Shown: positions 17,747 to 26,504, numbered from the stretch's first letter. The stretch is 32,000 nucleotides of DNA from an uncultured archaeon (GCA_964354495.1 CAYHAA010000007.1:60001-92000), one strand, 5' to 3'. Numbers and translations: made by a program. The notes: generated by a model from the letters alone, not told the origin.

Positions 17747-18193
17747 TCACTTCATCATCTTCTGTATCTTTGAGAGATGTCGAGACCTCTTCACTGCCTC
17801 CGCTGAGACCTCATAGACTTCTCCCTTCTCGAGAACATAGTGCTTTGTTGAAATCTCAGGAGCAAAGTGTCGTTTGATATCTTCGACAATGTAGTGTAGC
17901 TGCACACAGTGGGGACTTCCGTCGATGGTCAGAACCGTTACTCCAGTGATGCCTGCGTACTTGACTATGGAGCCAATCTTGAAGCCTGCCTGATTGACAT
18001 GTGTCTCTTCCAGACACACGTGAAGGACAGTGAGTCCTCCATCTCTCTCCGAGAGACTCTTAATGATGTCGGGGTATCTCTCCATACAGCTCCCGATCAG
18101 CAGGAGCCCGCCTTTGTCTCGTAGCGCCTGGTCCCCAACATTGGTTCGCATGAGATACTGGATTTCGCAGCAGTCCTTGCCCACTGTCACCAT
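17747..18193 (-). CDS. Cys/His-motif hypothetical protein (possible Fe-S/metal binding)
   Basis: LLIGSC, VCLEETHVN and IDGSPHCVQLH motifs; start overlaps upstream gene. Confidence 0.6.
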   Translation of the reverse strand: MVTVGKDCCEIQYLMRTNVGDQALRDKGGLLLIGSCMERYPDIIKSLSERDGGLTVLHVCLEETHVNQAGFKIGSIVKYAGITGVTVLTIDGSPHCVQLHYIVEDIKRHFAPEISTKHYVLEKGEVYEVSAEAVKRSRHLSKIQKMMK

Positions 18194-19128
18194 TTCCTAC
18201 GTTTCGAAATCCGCTCGTCATCCTCTTGGCCAGTACTTGGTCTTGGTTCTCCTAGAGGTGGAGCAATTCTTGCTATCATATCTCCCTCAAAAACATAATT
18301 CATGCGACTTAGGGAGATCACCACACCGTCAAAGGCAGACACGATGTCTATCTTATCCTGAACCTTGCCAATGACAGTTCCATTTCTGACGTTCTCTCCA
18401 AGATTGACCACCGGGACAAAGAAGCCTTCGGTTTCAGCATTGATGTGCTGTAGCCTTCCTGAGAGCGTGACAGAGGTCTCTATTCTCTCCCCCGTGATCA
18501 TGTCCTTGATTCGCATGAAGTTTAGAATCGCCTCACGGACCTCCACTGCTGCTTGTGAATCCACCTGGTCAGCATCACCACGCATCTCAATTGAGATCAC
18601 AGGGATCCCTTCATGTGCTGCTTCCGTTATCAGCGACCCTCGTTGACCTGCACATTGGACTGTGTTGGGGAGGGCAATCTGAGATGCCAGATTCCTCACA
18701 TGGATATACTCTCTGTGCATACCGGAGACGTGACTAGTACAGTTCTGTCGGTTCGTCTTGAGATGTATGATGTAGTCTGCCTGTGATGCCCTTCTCCAGA
18801 TCTCCCATGCTGTTCTCTCAGTGACTGTTCCGTGCTCATCGCCTGGGAACACAGAGTCTAAGTCCTTTGAGTCTAAGGGTGAAACCTTTGCTCCTAGTCG
18901 GAAGGCAAGTGGGTTCGCCACAGGCAAAATGGTCACCGATCCGTCGACGCGTTCCAGTCTTTCAAGATGCTTCATAATCAGATAACTCGCATAGACGCCG
19001 GTAGCAGACCCTCCGTCCATTGCTGCGATGATAAGTAGATTTGGTCGGTCCTCTCCAAGTGTATAGAACCCGAGTGTTGTACCTGTCTTTAGATCGACGT
19101 CCACTGCATCAACTGTAGCCTTCACCAT
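18187..19128 (-). CDS. Succinylglutamate desuccinylase/aspartoacylase (M14-like) family protein with degenerate active site
   Basis: GSVTILPVANPLAF, LDSVFPGD, SIEMRG and a C-terminal barrel-sandwich-like domain; HGxE replaced by MDGG. Confidence 0.75.
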   Translation of the reverse strand: MVKATVDAVDVDLKTGTTLGFYTLGEDRPNLLIIAAMDGGSATGVYASYLIMKHLERLERVDGSVTILPVANPLAFRLGAKVSPLDSKDLDSVFPGDEHGTVTERTAWEIWRRASQADYIIHLKTNRQNCTSHVSGMHREYIHVRNLASQIALPNTVQCAGQRGSLITEAAHEGIPVISIEMRGDADQVDSQAAVEVREAILNFMRIKDMITGERIETSVTLSGRLQHINAETEGFFVPVVNLGENVRNGTVIGKVQDKIDIVSAFDGVVISLSRMNYVFEGDMIARIAPPLGEPRPSTGQEDDERISKRRKW

Positions 19129-19188
19129 ACCAAGACCTTCTATCGACTCATGGGTCTGTTGTATGCCGCGAAGATATGAAGCAGTGTA

Positions 19189-19836
19189 TCACCTCTGACC
19201 GGACTTGATGATGTCAGGGCTGCAATTGAACAGGAAGACGTCTGTCTTGAAGTCGCGTCGTAGGAAAGAGTCATGTCGGCTGAGTGCATAACGGCTCTTC
19301 AGAGGAATATGTGGAGTCTCAAACAGATCGGGATGCCCGCACATCTTGGGATTGCCAATCCATGCGGTCGGAATCCCCAGGGCTACAATCTCAAGGCCCG
19401 CCATCGAAAGATACGGCTCCCAACTCATGAGAATGAAGGATGGTCTGTATCTCTTCACTGATTCAATAGCATCCAATGATTCCACCCACTTGGGGTAGGC
19501 AATATCATAGCGTCCGTCCTTGGCATCTGTGGCGATGATTCGGTTCTGAATGTATGGCTGAAGGAACTCTGTGAGCCTTCCATCTCCACTCATCACTTCT
19601 AACACGGTGCTACTATTCTCAGTCATAGCAAGAGATTCTGTGACAATCGAAGCAAGCTCCTCGATGAACTCATTGCTGTATATCTGAAAGAGCCATCTCC
19701 CTGCAATGTTTGATCCATTGCAGTATGACTTGACATCATCATTTCTTTCAAGCTCCTCGAAGAATCTAACGATGTCTGCATATGGCAGAAGATTCTCGTG
19801 AACATCGATGTATTCGTCATAGGGGCCGCGTTTCAA
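19189..19836 (-). CDS. Putative class I SAM-dependent methyltransferase-like protein
   Basis: VLEVMSGDGRL (motif I-like) and IIATD (motif II-like). Confidence 0.5.
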   Translation of the reverse strand: MKRGPYDEYIDVHENLLPYADIVRFFEELERNDDVKSYCNGSNIAGRWLFQIYSNEFIEELASIVTESLAMTENSSTVLEVMSGDGRLTEFLQPYIQNRIIATDAKDGRYDIAYPKWVESLDAIESVKRYRPSFILMSWEPYLSMAGLEIVALGIPTAWIGNPKMCGHPDLFETPHIPLKSRYALSRHDSFLRRDFKTDVFLFNCSPDIIKSGQR

Positions 19837-19899
19837 TCAGGTCACAGTCCAAATTGGGTAGAGAATCAGCGAACTGAAAACGCTTTTGAAGGTTGACTA

Positions 19900-20181
19900 C
19901 TATGACTCTGCTCGTTGGCCGTTCTTCGCGAGCTCTTCTTGGATTGCACTCTCAAGCTTGGCTGTTGACACGTTCCCCTCAAAGTATTGAGAGCCCACAA
20001 GGACCCCCTGCCATGACACTCCAAGCTCTTTGGCCGTCTTGCTATTGGCTAAGTCCTCACTATACTCAACAACATCTCTGTACTTCCTAACAGCCTCGTA
20101 GATTCGTCCCAAGAAACCAGACACACTGCAGCTGCAGACCCCGACTGGCAGGAACACCTTTACCGCTACTTTTTCACTCAA
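19900..20181 (-). CDS. Small thioredoxin-fold/ArsD-like Cys protein
   Basis: VKVFLPVGVCSCS N-terminus and GVLVG beta-strand; directly downstream of acr3. Confidence 0.5.
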   Translation of the reverse strand: MSEKVAVKVFLPVGVCSCSVSGFLGRIYEAVRKYRDVVEYSEDLANSKTAKELGVSWQGVLVGSQYFEGNVSTAKLESAIQEELAKNGQRAES

Positions 20182-20209
20182 CTATTCTCACCTTGATGCA
20201 GTTATCTCG

Positions 20210-21259
20210 TTACATTGGTGTGCCTTTCCAGAATTCCTTCCTTCTGAGGTATTTGGAAAGGTATACCAACCCAAGCATAACCGGCACTTCCCAGAAAAGG
20301 CCCATTGTTGTTCCAAGAGCCGCGATGGATCCGACACCATACATCGAGATTGCTGTAGCAATGGCGATTTCAAAGTGACTAGAAGACCCAATGATCACAG
20401 TAATCGTTGCCTCTCTATAGGCGAGTCTTGCCAATCGAGTTATCAAAAGGCCATAGCTGACAGTTATCACAAAATGGAGCAATAGCGGAATTGAAACAAG
20501 TCCGAGCAGATCTGGATGTTCCAGCATTACAACGCCGTTCAGCGAGAAGAGCACAACTAACGTAGTCAGTAGAGCAACTAGGGCCAGTTTACCAACTGCT
20601 GGCTGATACTTCGTCGTGAACCAATCTTTTCCCTTCCAGTTCACAAGTGTCTTCCTTGTTACCAATCCAAGAAGCATTGGGGCACCAATAAAGAATGTTA
20701 CAGAGATGACTAATAGCACGCGGTTAATAGGAATGTTGGAAATTCCAGTGAGTATTGCTACTACGGGTGCATAGAGCACTAGAATCGTTGCCGTGTTTAG
20801 AGTTGTGTTCACAATATTCTGTTCTTGGTTTCCCTCAGCGAGATATCCCCAGACCAGCACCATTGCTGTACAGGGACTGGACGCAAGCAATATCACAGCT
20901 ACAATCAACTGCTCATTGCCTGCCAGAAAGGTCCGAGCAAGTAGATATCCAACAATTGGTGCTACTATCCAATTCGATACGAGTGTGATTATTATTGGTT
21001 TAGGATTTCTTCTGAGTTTTCTTAATTCAGATCCTTGAATATTAAGCATGGCTGGATACATCATCAAGAATAGACATATCCCGATTGGGACAGATATGCC
21101 GGCAATCTGCCATGAGTCTATAGCTTCACCAATCCCGGGCACTACTTGGGACAGGAATATTCCCAACACCATGCAAATGCCAATCCACAGTGGCAAGTAC
21201 TTCTCAAATGTACTGAGCTTCTTCCCGCTTGCTACTTGATTTGGTTGGCTAGTTGACAA
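20210..21259 (-). CDS. acr3: ACR3-family arsenite efflux transporter
   Basis: LMMYPAM, SPCTAMVLVWG (conserved Cys), SSHFEIAIATA and EVPVML; ~10 TM. Confidence 0.93.
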   Translation of the reverse strand: MSTSQPNQVASGKKLSTFEKYLPLWIGICMVLGIFLSQVVPGIGEAIDSWQIAGISVPIGICLFLMMYPAMLNIQGSELRKLRRNPKPIIITLVSNWIVAPIVGYLLARTFLAGNEQLIVAVILLASSPCTAMVLVWGYLAEGNQEQNIVNTTLNTATILVLYAPVVAILTGISNIPINRVLLVISVTFFIGAPMLLGLVTRKTLVNWKGKDWFTTKYQPAVGKLALVALLTTLVVLFSLNGVVMLEHPDLLGLVSIPLLLHFVITVSYGLLITRLARLAYREATITVIIGSSSHFEIAIATAISMYGVGSIAALGTTMGLFWEVPVMLGLVYLSKYLRRKEFWKGTPM

Positions 21260-21332
21260 TTTTCGGTCACCAACTATTCGTCTTATGCGTTGTGTGAGGG
21301 GGTGCTGTGAGCCGATTGACTGGAACGCATAG

Positions 21333-21356
21333 AAATATCGGATAATCTCGATATTT
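21333..21356. promoter_or_regulatory. Putative ArsR operator upstream of acr3
   Basis: Inverted repeat AAATATCG-N8-CGATATTT adjoining the minus-strand AAAAGTTAAATA promoter element. Confidence 0.75.
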
Positions 21357-21443
21357 AACTTTTATGTTGTTTGCGACCTGACTGCTGTTATCTAGGTTCT
21401 GAAAACAATCTGCAAGAATTGGTAGTATCTCCAAATCTCGAGT

Positions 21444-21740
21444 CTATCTGCTTGTCTTCTCATCAGCAAGTGAGCGCAGATCACGAATCATGCTACTGAT
21501 GCGTGAATCACTGAGCTTGTAGAGTTTCTTGGTACCATCGCGTCTAACAGAAAGAATACCCGATCTCACAAGTTGACTCAAGTATGAAGACACAGTAGAC
21601 TGTGAGAGACCCATTTCCGGATAGATCTCACATTGACAGCGTTCACCATCTTCCAAGAGCTCCACGATTTTCAGCCGTTCGTGATTCGATAGTGCCTTGT
21701 GGAACTGCATTCGCCATTCCATTCTTCTGTCAATATCCAT
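21444..21740 (-). CDS. arsR: ArsR/SmtB-family repressor
   Basis: KALSNHERLKIV, RCQCEI Cys pair and LSQSTVSSYL HTH. Confidence 0.9.
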   Translation of the reverse strand: MDIDRRMEWRMQFHKALSNHERLKIVELLEDGERCQCEIYPEMGLSQSTVSSYLSQLVRSGILSVRRDGTKKLYKLSDSRISSMIRDLRSLADEKTSR

Positions 21741-21811
21741 TTGCTATCCTACTCGCTGGTATCGATTAATCCTTGTTTACAAGAACACCGACAATAACAC
21801 ATTTCGGATAT

Positions 21812-21819
21812 CGATATTT
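21812..21819. promoter_or_regulatory. Operator half-site at the arsR promoter
   Basis: CGATATTT next to minus-strand CTATATAC TATA-like box (21820-21827). Confidence 0.5.
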
Positions 21820-21977
21820 GTATATAGCGATTATTACCGAACCATCAATAATTAGTCATATTTCTATACAGATTATGAAGGCCGGGATACGTTTCCGCGT
21901 GTTCTTATGTGGTTGTCTTCAAAGATGGACCTCAAGAGGGCATAACGCAAGCATCATTGGTCACCATAGAAACACTG

Positions 21978-22001
21978 ATATATCGAAATAATCCGATATT
22001 T
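21978..22001. promoter_or_regulatory. Putative ArsR operator upstream of the HdrA-N/DGC operon
   Basis: ATATATCGAAATAATCCGATATTT matches the reverse complement of 21333-21356 at 21 of 24 positions. Confidence 0.75.
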
Positions 22002-22018
22002 GATTGGACTTGTCCACA

Positions 22019-22396
22019 ATGAGTTCTGAAAAACCTGCCTTCATAATGTGTGTATGCACAGGCAAATGTCCGGGCTTTGCGAAGATGGACATCTGGGATT
22101 TTATCAACACGGTTAGAATGACTCTTCCTGTTAAGTATGGAGTCATTCATCCACAACTCTGTGAACGCGATGGTGATGCCTACCTTGAGAATACCCTGAC
22201 ACCTGGAGAAAAAGTGTTCGTTGCTGGCTGTGCTCCTGCAATGCAATACAAGCTCTTCCGTGATTCATTCGCAAAGAAGGGACTCGACGTGAAGAAGGAT
22301 CTTGTACCTATTGACGTGCGTGACATGACCACTGATGAGGCAGTAGAGAAGGTTTCACAGGAGTTGAAAAAGCATGGATATGATGTCGAAGGATGA
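22019..22396 (+). CDS. Stand-alone HdrA N-terminal-domain-like protein
   Basis: FIMCVCTGKC, HPQLC, FVAGCAP and PIDVRD resemble the HdrA N-terminal Fe-S domain. Confidence 0.7.
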   Translation: MSSEKPAFIMCVCTGKCPGFAKMDIWDFINTVRMTLPVKYGVIHPQLCERDGDAYLENTLTPGEKVFVAGCAPAMQYKLFRDSFAKKGLDVKKDLVPIDVRDMTTDEAVEKVSQELKKHGYDVEG

Positions 22397-22688
22397 GTCG
22401 AAGCCCAGTACAACTTTCATGGGCGTCAGTCGAGAGAAAATACCATGGTGGCCAATCGTAGACCTAGGGAAATGCGATGGCTGCAATGGTGAGTACGACT
22501 GCCTGAAGTTCTGTCCTCATAGAGTCTACAAGCCGCTTGAGGACTCCTCCAGAATCGAGGTTGAGAACCCATACAACTGCGTGGTCTTTTGCACAGCCTG
22601 TAGTAAGATGTGTCCTAGGGATGCAATCTCCTTTCCTGCAAAAGCGAACATCCTGAAGATCATCAAAGAAGAACGTGCCAACAAATGA
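22374..22688 (+). CDS. Ferredoxin-like 4Fe-4S dicluster protein
   Basis: CDGC..DCLKFCP and CVVFCTACSKMCP. Confidence 0.85.
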   Translation: MDMMSKDESKPSTTFMGVSREKIPWWPIVDLGKCDGCNGEYDCLKFCPHRVYKPLEDSSRIEVENPYNCVVFCTACSKMCPRDAISFPAKANILKIIKEERANK

Positions 22689-23536
22689 GGTCGATGCGAG
22701 TGGTGAAGAAATACATTCTACCCTGTGCAGGCTATGACCGTCCGGGTGGAGAGGTTTCTAGGGCTGTTGCAGAGCAACTAGCTAGGAATCGTGACGATGT
22801 TGTAATTGGAAGCATGGGCGCGCTATACAAGGAACGTCCCGGTGAGATGCGTGACTTCAGGGCCTCAGAGGTGATTTGCCTCGATGGTTGTGGAACACAC
22901 TGTGCCTCGGAACTTGCGATTGCACGGGGACGGAATGATGGAGCAGTTGTTTCTATTCCTGAGGCTGCAGGTTCAGGTGACGATTTTGAACAAAAGGTCC
23001 GCCATGTTATCGACGCCATGTCAAAGCATCTAGAAAAGAGAAAGGCGAAGGCCTCGCCCTCAACCAAAGAGATCTCCTCATTCTCTCTCGAATATCTTGA
23101 GGAAAAATTCGACAAGTTCACGCTTAGAGTCGCCAAAGGTATGTTGTACTCCGATAACGACTTCTGGGTCAGGATTGAAGGCGACAATGTCCGGATTGGT
23201 GCTTCAGATTTTCTTCAGCAGATGATATCTGATGTATATTATGTGAATCTCGTCGAGCCCGGCCATCATGTCGATATGTTTGATGACGCAGGGAAGATGG
23301 AGTCGACGAAGATCTTAGTGGAGATAATCGTCCCCCTGACTGGAACCATAATCGAAGTCAACAGCTCATTGGAGAATAGTCCAGAACTGATTAACGAGAG
23401 CCCATATGATAAGGGATGGTTCTACGTCATAAGACCGGACGACATTGACGAACTGGAACTGCTCAGGGATGCATCAAGCTATTTGCTTTACGCCTTGGCA
23501 AAGGCAAAAGAAGAGATTGGAAAGAAGGTGGAATAG
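22685..23536 (+). CDS. DGC-domain / glycine cleavage H (lipoyl carrier)-like fusion
   Basis: N-terminal PCAG..LDGCGTHCA; C-terminal VRIGASDF..MESTKILVEIIVPLTGTIIEVNSSLENSPELINESPYDKGW with lipoyl Lys. Confidence 0.85.
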   Translation: MRSMRVVKKYILPCAGYDRPGGEVSRAVAEQLARNRDDVVIGSMGALYKERPGEMRDFRASEVICLDGCGTHCASELAIARGRNDGAVVSIPEAAGSGDDFEQKVRHVIDAMSKHLEKRKAKASPSTKEISSFSLEYLEEKFDKFTLRVAKGMLYSDNDFWVRIEGDNVRIGASDFLQQMISDVYYVNLVEPGHHVDMFDDAGKMESTKILVEIIVPLTGTIIEVNSSLENSPELINESPYDKGWFYVIRPDDIDELELLRDASSYLLYALAKAKEEIGKKVE

Positions 23537-23539
23537 AGA

Positions 23540-23923
23540 TTGAAGAAAGTAGTCATTCCATGTAGTGGAATGGGAAAAGCATTGGGAGCTGTCACACGTG
23601 AGACTATCCCACTCTTGCCAGACTCCAAGAGTCCCCATGAGTATAGGACAGTCTGTCTGCCATTGCTGATGACCGATGATGATGAGTCAAAACGAATAGT
23701 GCTAGAATCAGCTGTCTATACGATCGATGGCTGTCCAAAGAAGTGTGCGTCAACTGTAGTCAAACATGTTGGAGCAACGCCAGTCATGGAGATACTAGCG
23801 GCGAGAGTTCTTGCAGAGCATAGAGAGCACAAACCCGAAACTGTACTTGACGTCGGAGATGGTGGACGCCTTCTTGCGAAAGATATCGTTGAGATAATCG
23901 CGAACGATGGAGGGACAGATTGA
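23540..23923 (+). CDS. DGC-domain putative zinc-binding protein
   Basis: PCSG..VCLP..IDGCPKKCA. Confidence 0.85.
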   Translation: MKKVVIPCSGMGKALGAVTRETIPLLPDSKSPHEYRTVCLPLLMTDDDESKRIVLESAVYTIDGCPKKCASTVVKHVGATPVMEILAARVLAEHREHKPETVLDVGDGGRLLAKDIVEIIANDGGTD

Positions 23924-24327
23924 TGACATTCAAACCGAAGGTTGGTCTAATCTCGTGTAGTGGTGAAGCATGTCCTGGAGGGAGAATCTCACGTGCTGCA
24001 ACACTTGAGGTCCTTCATCACCTGAAACCAACTGACACAGTCACGATATGTCTCCCACTATTCCTTGCCGGAGATGAGGGAGAGCGCGGATTTGCAAGCG
24101 TCTTTCCAACTATCACGGTGGATGGGTGCAGTAAACTCTGCGCAGCAAAGGGCACAGCCAAATATAGTAGCGAGCCTGCTGTGAGAATAAACATCGAGGA
24201 CTATACAGGTGAGGGATGTACAAGTACTGATGAAGAGATGCGGACACAGAGTGACAACAATCTGATCAAGAGAGTCGCCCAAGACTTGGCAGCTCATGTC
24301 GATCATCTTCGACAAGAGTGGGAGTGA
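23920..24327 (+). CDS. DGC-domain putative zinc-binding protein
   Basis: SCSGEAC..ICLP..VDGCSKLCA. Confidence 0.85.
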   Translation: MMTFKPKVGLISCSGEACPGGRISRAATLEVLHHLKPTDTVTICLPLFLAGDEGERGFASVFPTITVDGCSKLCAAKGTAKYSSEPAVRINIEDYTGEGCTSTDEEMRTQSDNNLIKRVAQDLAAHVDHLRQEWE

Positions 24328-24336
24328 TCCAGTGTC

Positions 24337-25529
24337 TTGAAGGGTAAACTTCAAACACGCGCGCTCGATTCAGCTATCTCTAGCTTCGATATCACGCTCC
24401 TGAGCCGACTAATCAGAGATGCGGCGACAAGCGGTCATATTCGTGATACATGTGACTACCTGCATATCGCCATGGGAAGTGCACATTCCATTAGCTCTGG
24501 AGTCTTGCGAGTAGCTGTCGTTTCGGCGTTTGAAATGTATGACTTCAAAGTTCTTGATGTTGATCCTCTTGAGATTCTCTCTGGACTTCAGGACCTTGAA
24601 CCCCAGGACATGATAGAATCTGCACGAAGAGCAATCATGTCTGCACTTGAGTTTCAAGTCCATAGGAGAAACACATTCTTTCTTGCAGTGGACAGGCTCC
24701 ACAGTTCTGAAGCCGCAGTCCTTGTCAAGGATATCATCAACGCCCGGAGAACTGAGTTGGAGGAGCTCTGTCACAGCAGTCCAACTCTAGAGCAACTCGC
24801 TGCCACTTACTATGGTTTTCAGTTTCTGACCTCTCAAATCAGAAGATCGGAGCTTGGTGAAGACACTCAGAAGTTATTCGAATGCCTTGAACTCGATACC
24901 GCTCAGGATGTCAAAGTACCCTCGAATGCATTGAAACCCGAGGCGGTCGTATTTCGAAATGTATCCGCGCAGACAGATGAGCTTCTCAGAAACACTCTCT
25001 ATCTGACTGGGTATGACTCGGGCGAGCGGGCAAAGTCGGCTGCCTGTCTTGGAGAGCTGGCTGATCCCAGAGCTGGACTTTACCTCTCAAAGGCGACGAG
25101 GGATGAGTACTCATGGGTCCGGAAGGCTGCTGTGTCTGCTCTTGGGCGAATAAGGTTCCTCGAAGACCCCGGGTGTGTTGTTGATGTCTTGAAGGATCTT
25201 GACGAAGGAACCAGAAATGCGGCATTGGAAAGCGTCTGTTCCGTGGGACCCAGGCTGTTCCTCTACTCCTCAATACTCTAGAGAATTACAGGGGCATCTC
25301 CTATCCTGAAGCGATTGAGGCAGCCAAGAAGGCTCACCCGCGAGCCTTGGACAATCTCGAGGCAGTATTGCAGTATCACTCTCGTACAGCCAGAGCCTTG
25401 GCCGCAAACGCACTAGGTAGAATCGGTGACAAGAGAGCCATCTCAGCACTTGAGAGAGCTATGCAGGATGAAGAATTCGAAGTGAGATCTGCAGCACAAG
25501 ACGCGCTCATTGAAATGAAAAGACTGTGA
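24337..25529 (+). pseudogene. HEAT/PBS-lyase repeat protein split by a frameshift near 25249-25251
   Basis: Frame of 24337 reads ..RNAALESVCSVG; the alternate frame continues QAVPLLLNTLE..AANALGRIGDKRAISAL..VRSAAQDAL to the stop at 25529. Confidence 0.7.
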
Positions 25530-25640
25530 TGTTAGTAGCATCACGTGGAATCTCACGGCTCTTTCCTGCAGCAACAAGAAAAGCCAATCGAAGTTGACCA
25601 CAGGTCACCTCGCAGGGATTAACAGTCACTCACATATGCT

Positions 25641-26405
25641 TCAGATGATTCTCATCAAAATCATGACCGCAATCACCCACACTACAATGCCGAGCCCGGC
25701 CTTAATCTTTTGAGCTTGTATCCTCATGCTGGTTCTCGCCCCGAGATTCCCACCGATGAGGACGACAATGCCAGTCACCAAAATCAAGGGAATATCGAAA
25801 GCATGAAATGCCGCATGGCCAAGTAGACCGGAGAATGCTGAGAAGGATACAATCGCATGCGACGATCCTGCCGCGAACTTTGTAGGGTACTTGCAGATAT
25901 AGATCAGGAATGGAACGATTAGCACTCCGCCGCCAATTCCTAGCAAGCCCGATATGAGTCCTACACCGAAACTGAATAGCACGATGAGTGGGTACATGGT
26001 AGTGACCACGCGTTTTGGAAATTCATCCTCAATCTTTCCCCGTTCCCAAAACGTATAGACCATCCTCCCTCCGAGACCAGCCAAGAAGAACACAAACAAC
26101 CACAACAAGAAGGTTTCATCAACAAATACAACTAAGGCTCCGCCCATAAAAGCGCCCAGGCAGACACCAGGTATGAATAGGAAGGACGTCCTCAAGTCTA
26201 TCATCTTCTTGCGATACAAGACGTAACCCGCAGACAGCGATGTTATTAGAGTCAACACTAAGGATGTGGATGTGGAAATCGATACCGCATAGCCAAGTAG
26301 AATCAACAGCGGGGAGTACATCGACCCTCCGCCCTGACCAAACATCGAGAACACAAAAGCTATCAGAAAGACAAAGATGGTAGTGTATAGAAGTACAATA
26401 TCCAT
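25641..26405 (-). CDS. TauE/SafE-family sulfite exporter
   Basis: GQGGGSMYSP and GLLGIGGGVLIVP repeats, AAGSSH, multi-TM; likely ATG at 26405. Confidence 0.88.
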   Translation of the reverse strand: MDIVLLYTTIFVFLIAFVFSMFGQGGGSMYSPLLILLGYAVSISTSTSLVLTLITSLSAGYVLYRKKMIDLRTSFLFIPGVCLGAFMGGALVVFVDETFLLWLFVFFLAGLGGRMVYTFWERGKIEDEFPKRVVTTMYPLIVLFSFGVGLISGLLGIGGGVLIVPFLIYICKYPTKFAAGSSHAIVSFSAFSGLLGHAAFHAFDIPLILVTGIVVLIGGNLGARTSMRIQAQKIKAGLGIVVWVIAVMILMRII

Positions 26406-26504
26406 ATTGATGCACACCCGAGGGTTTTCGGCAAACTGGACTGAGCTGGTTGGTCAATCAGTGGAAACGCTGCCCTTTGGGATTCGAAGGGTTCCAGCAT
26501 GACG

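Noticed and set aside
19128-19191. TGA read-through fusing the methyltransferase-like ORF to the AstE-like ORF
   Set aside because: Same frame can arise by chance (1 in 3); the linker has no redox motif and the downstream gene has its own ATG
26459-26468. CAGTGGAAAC resembling an archaeal ORB origin box
   Set aside because: Single partial match with no G-string, no second ORB and no adjacent cdc6
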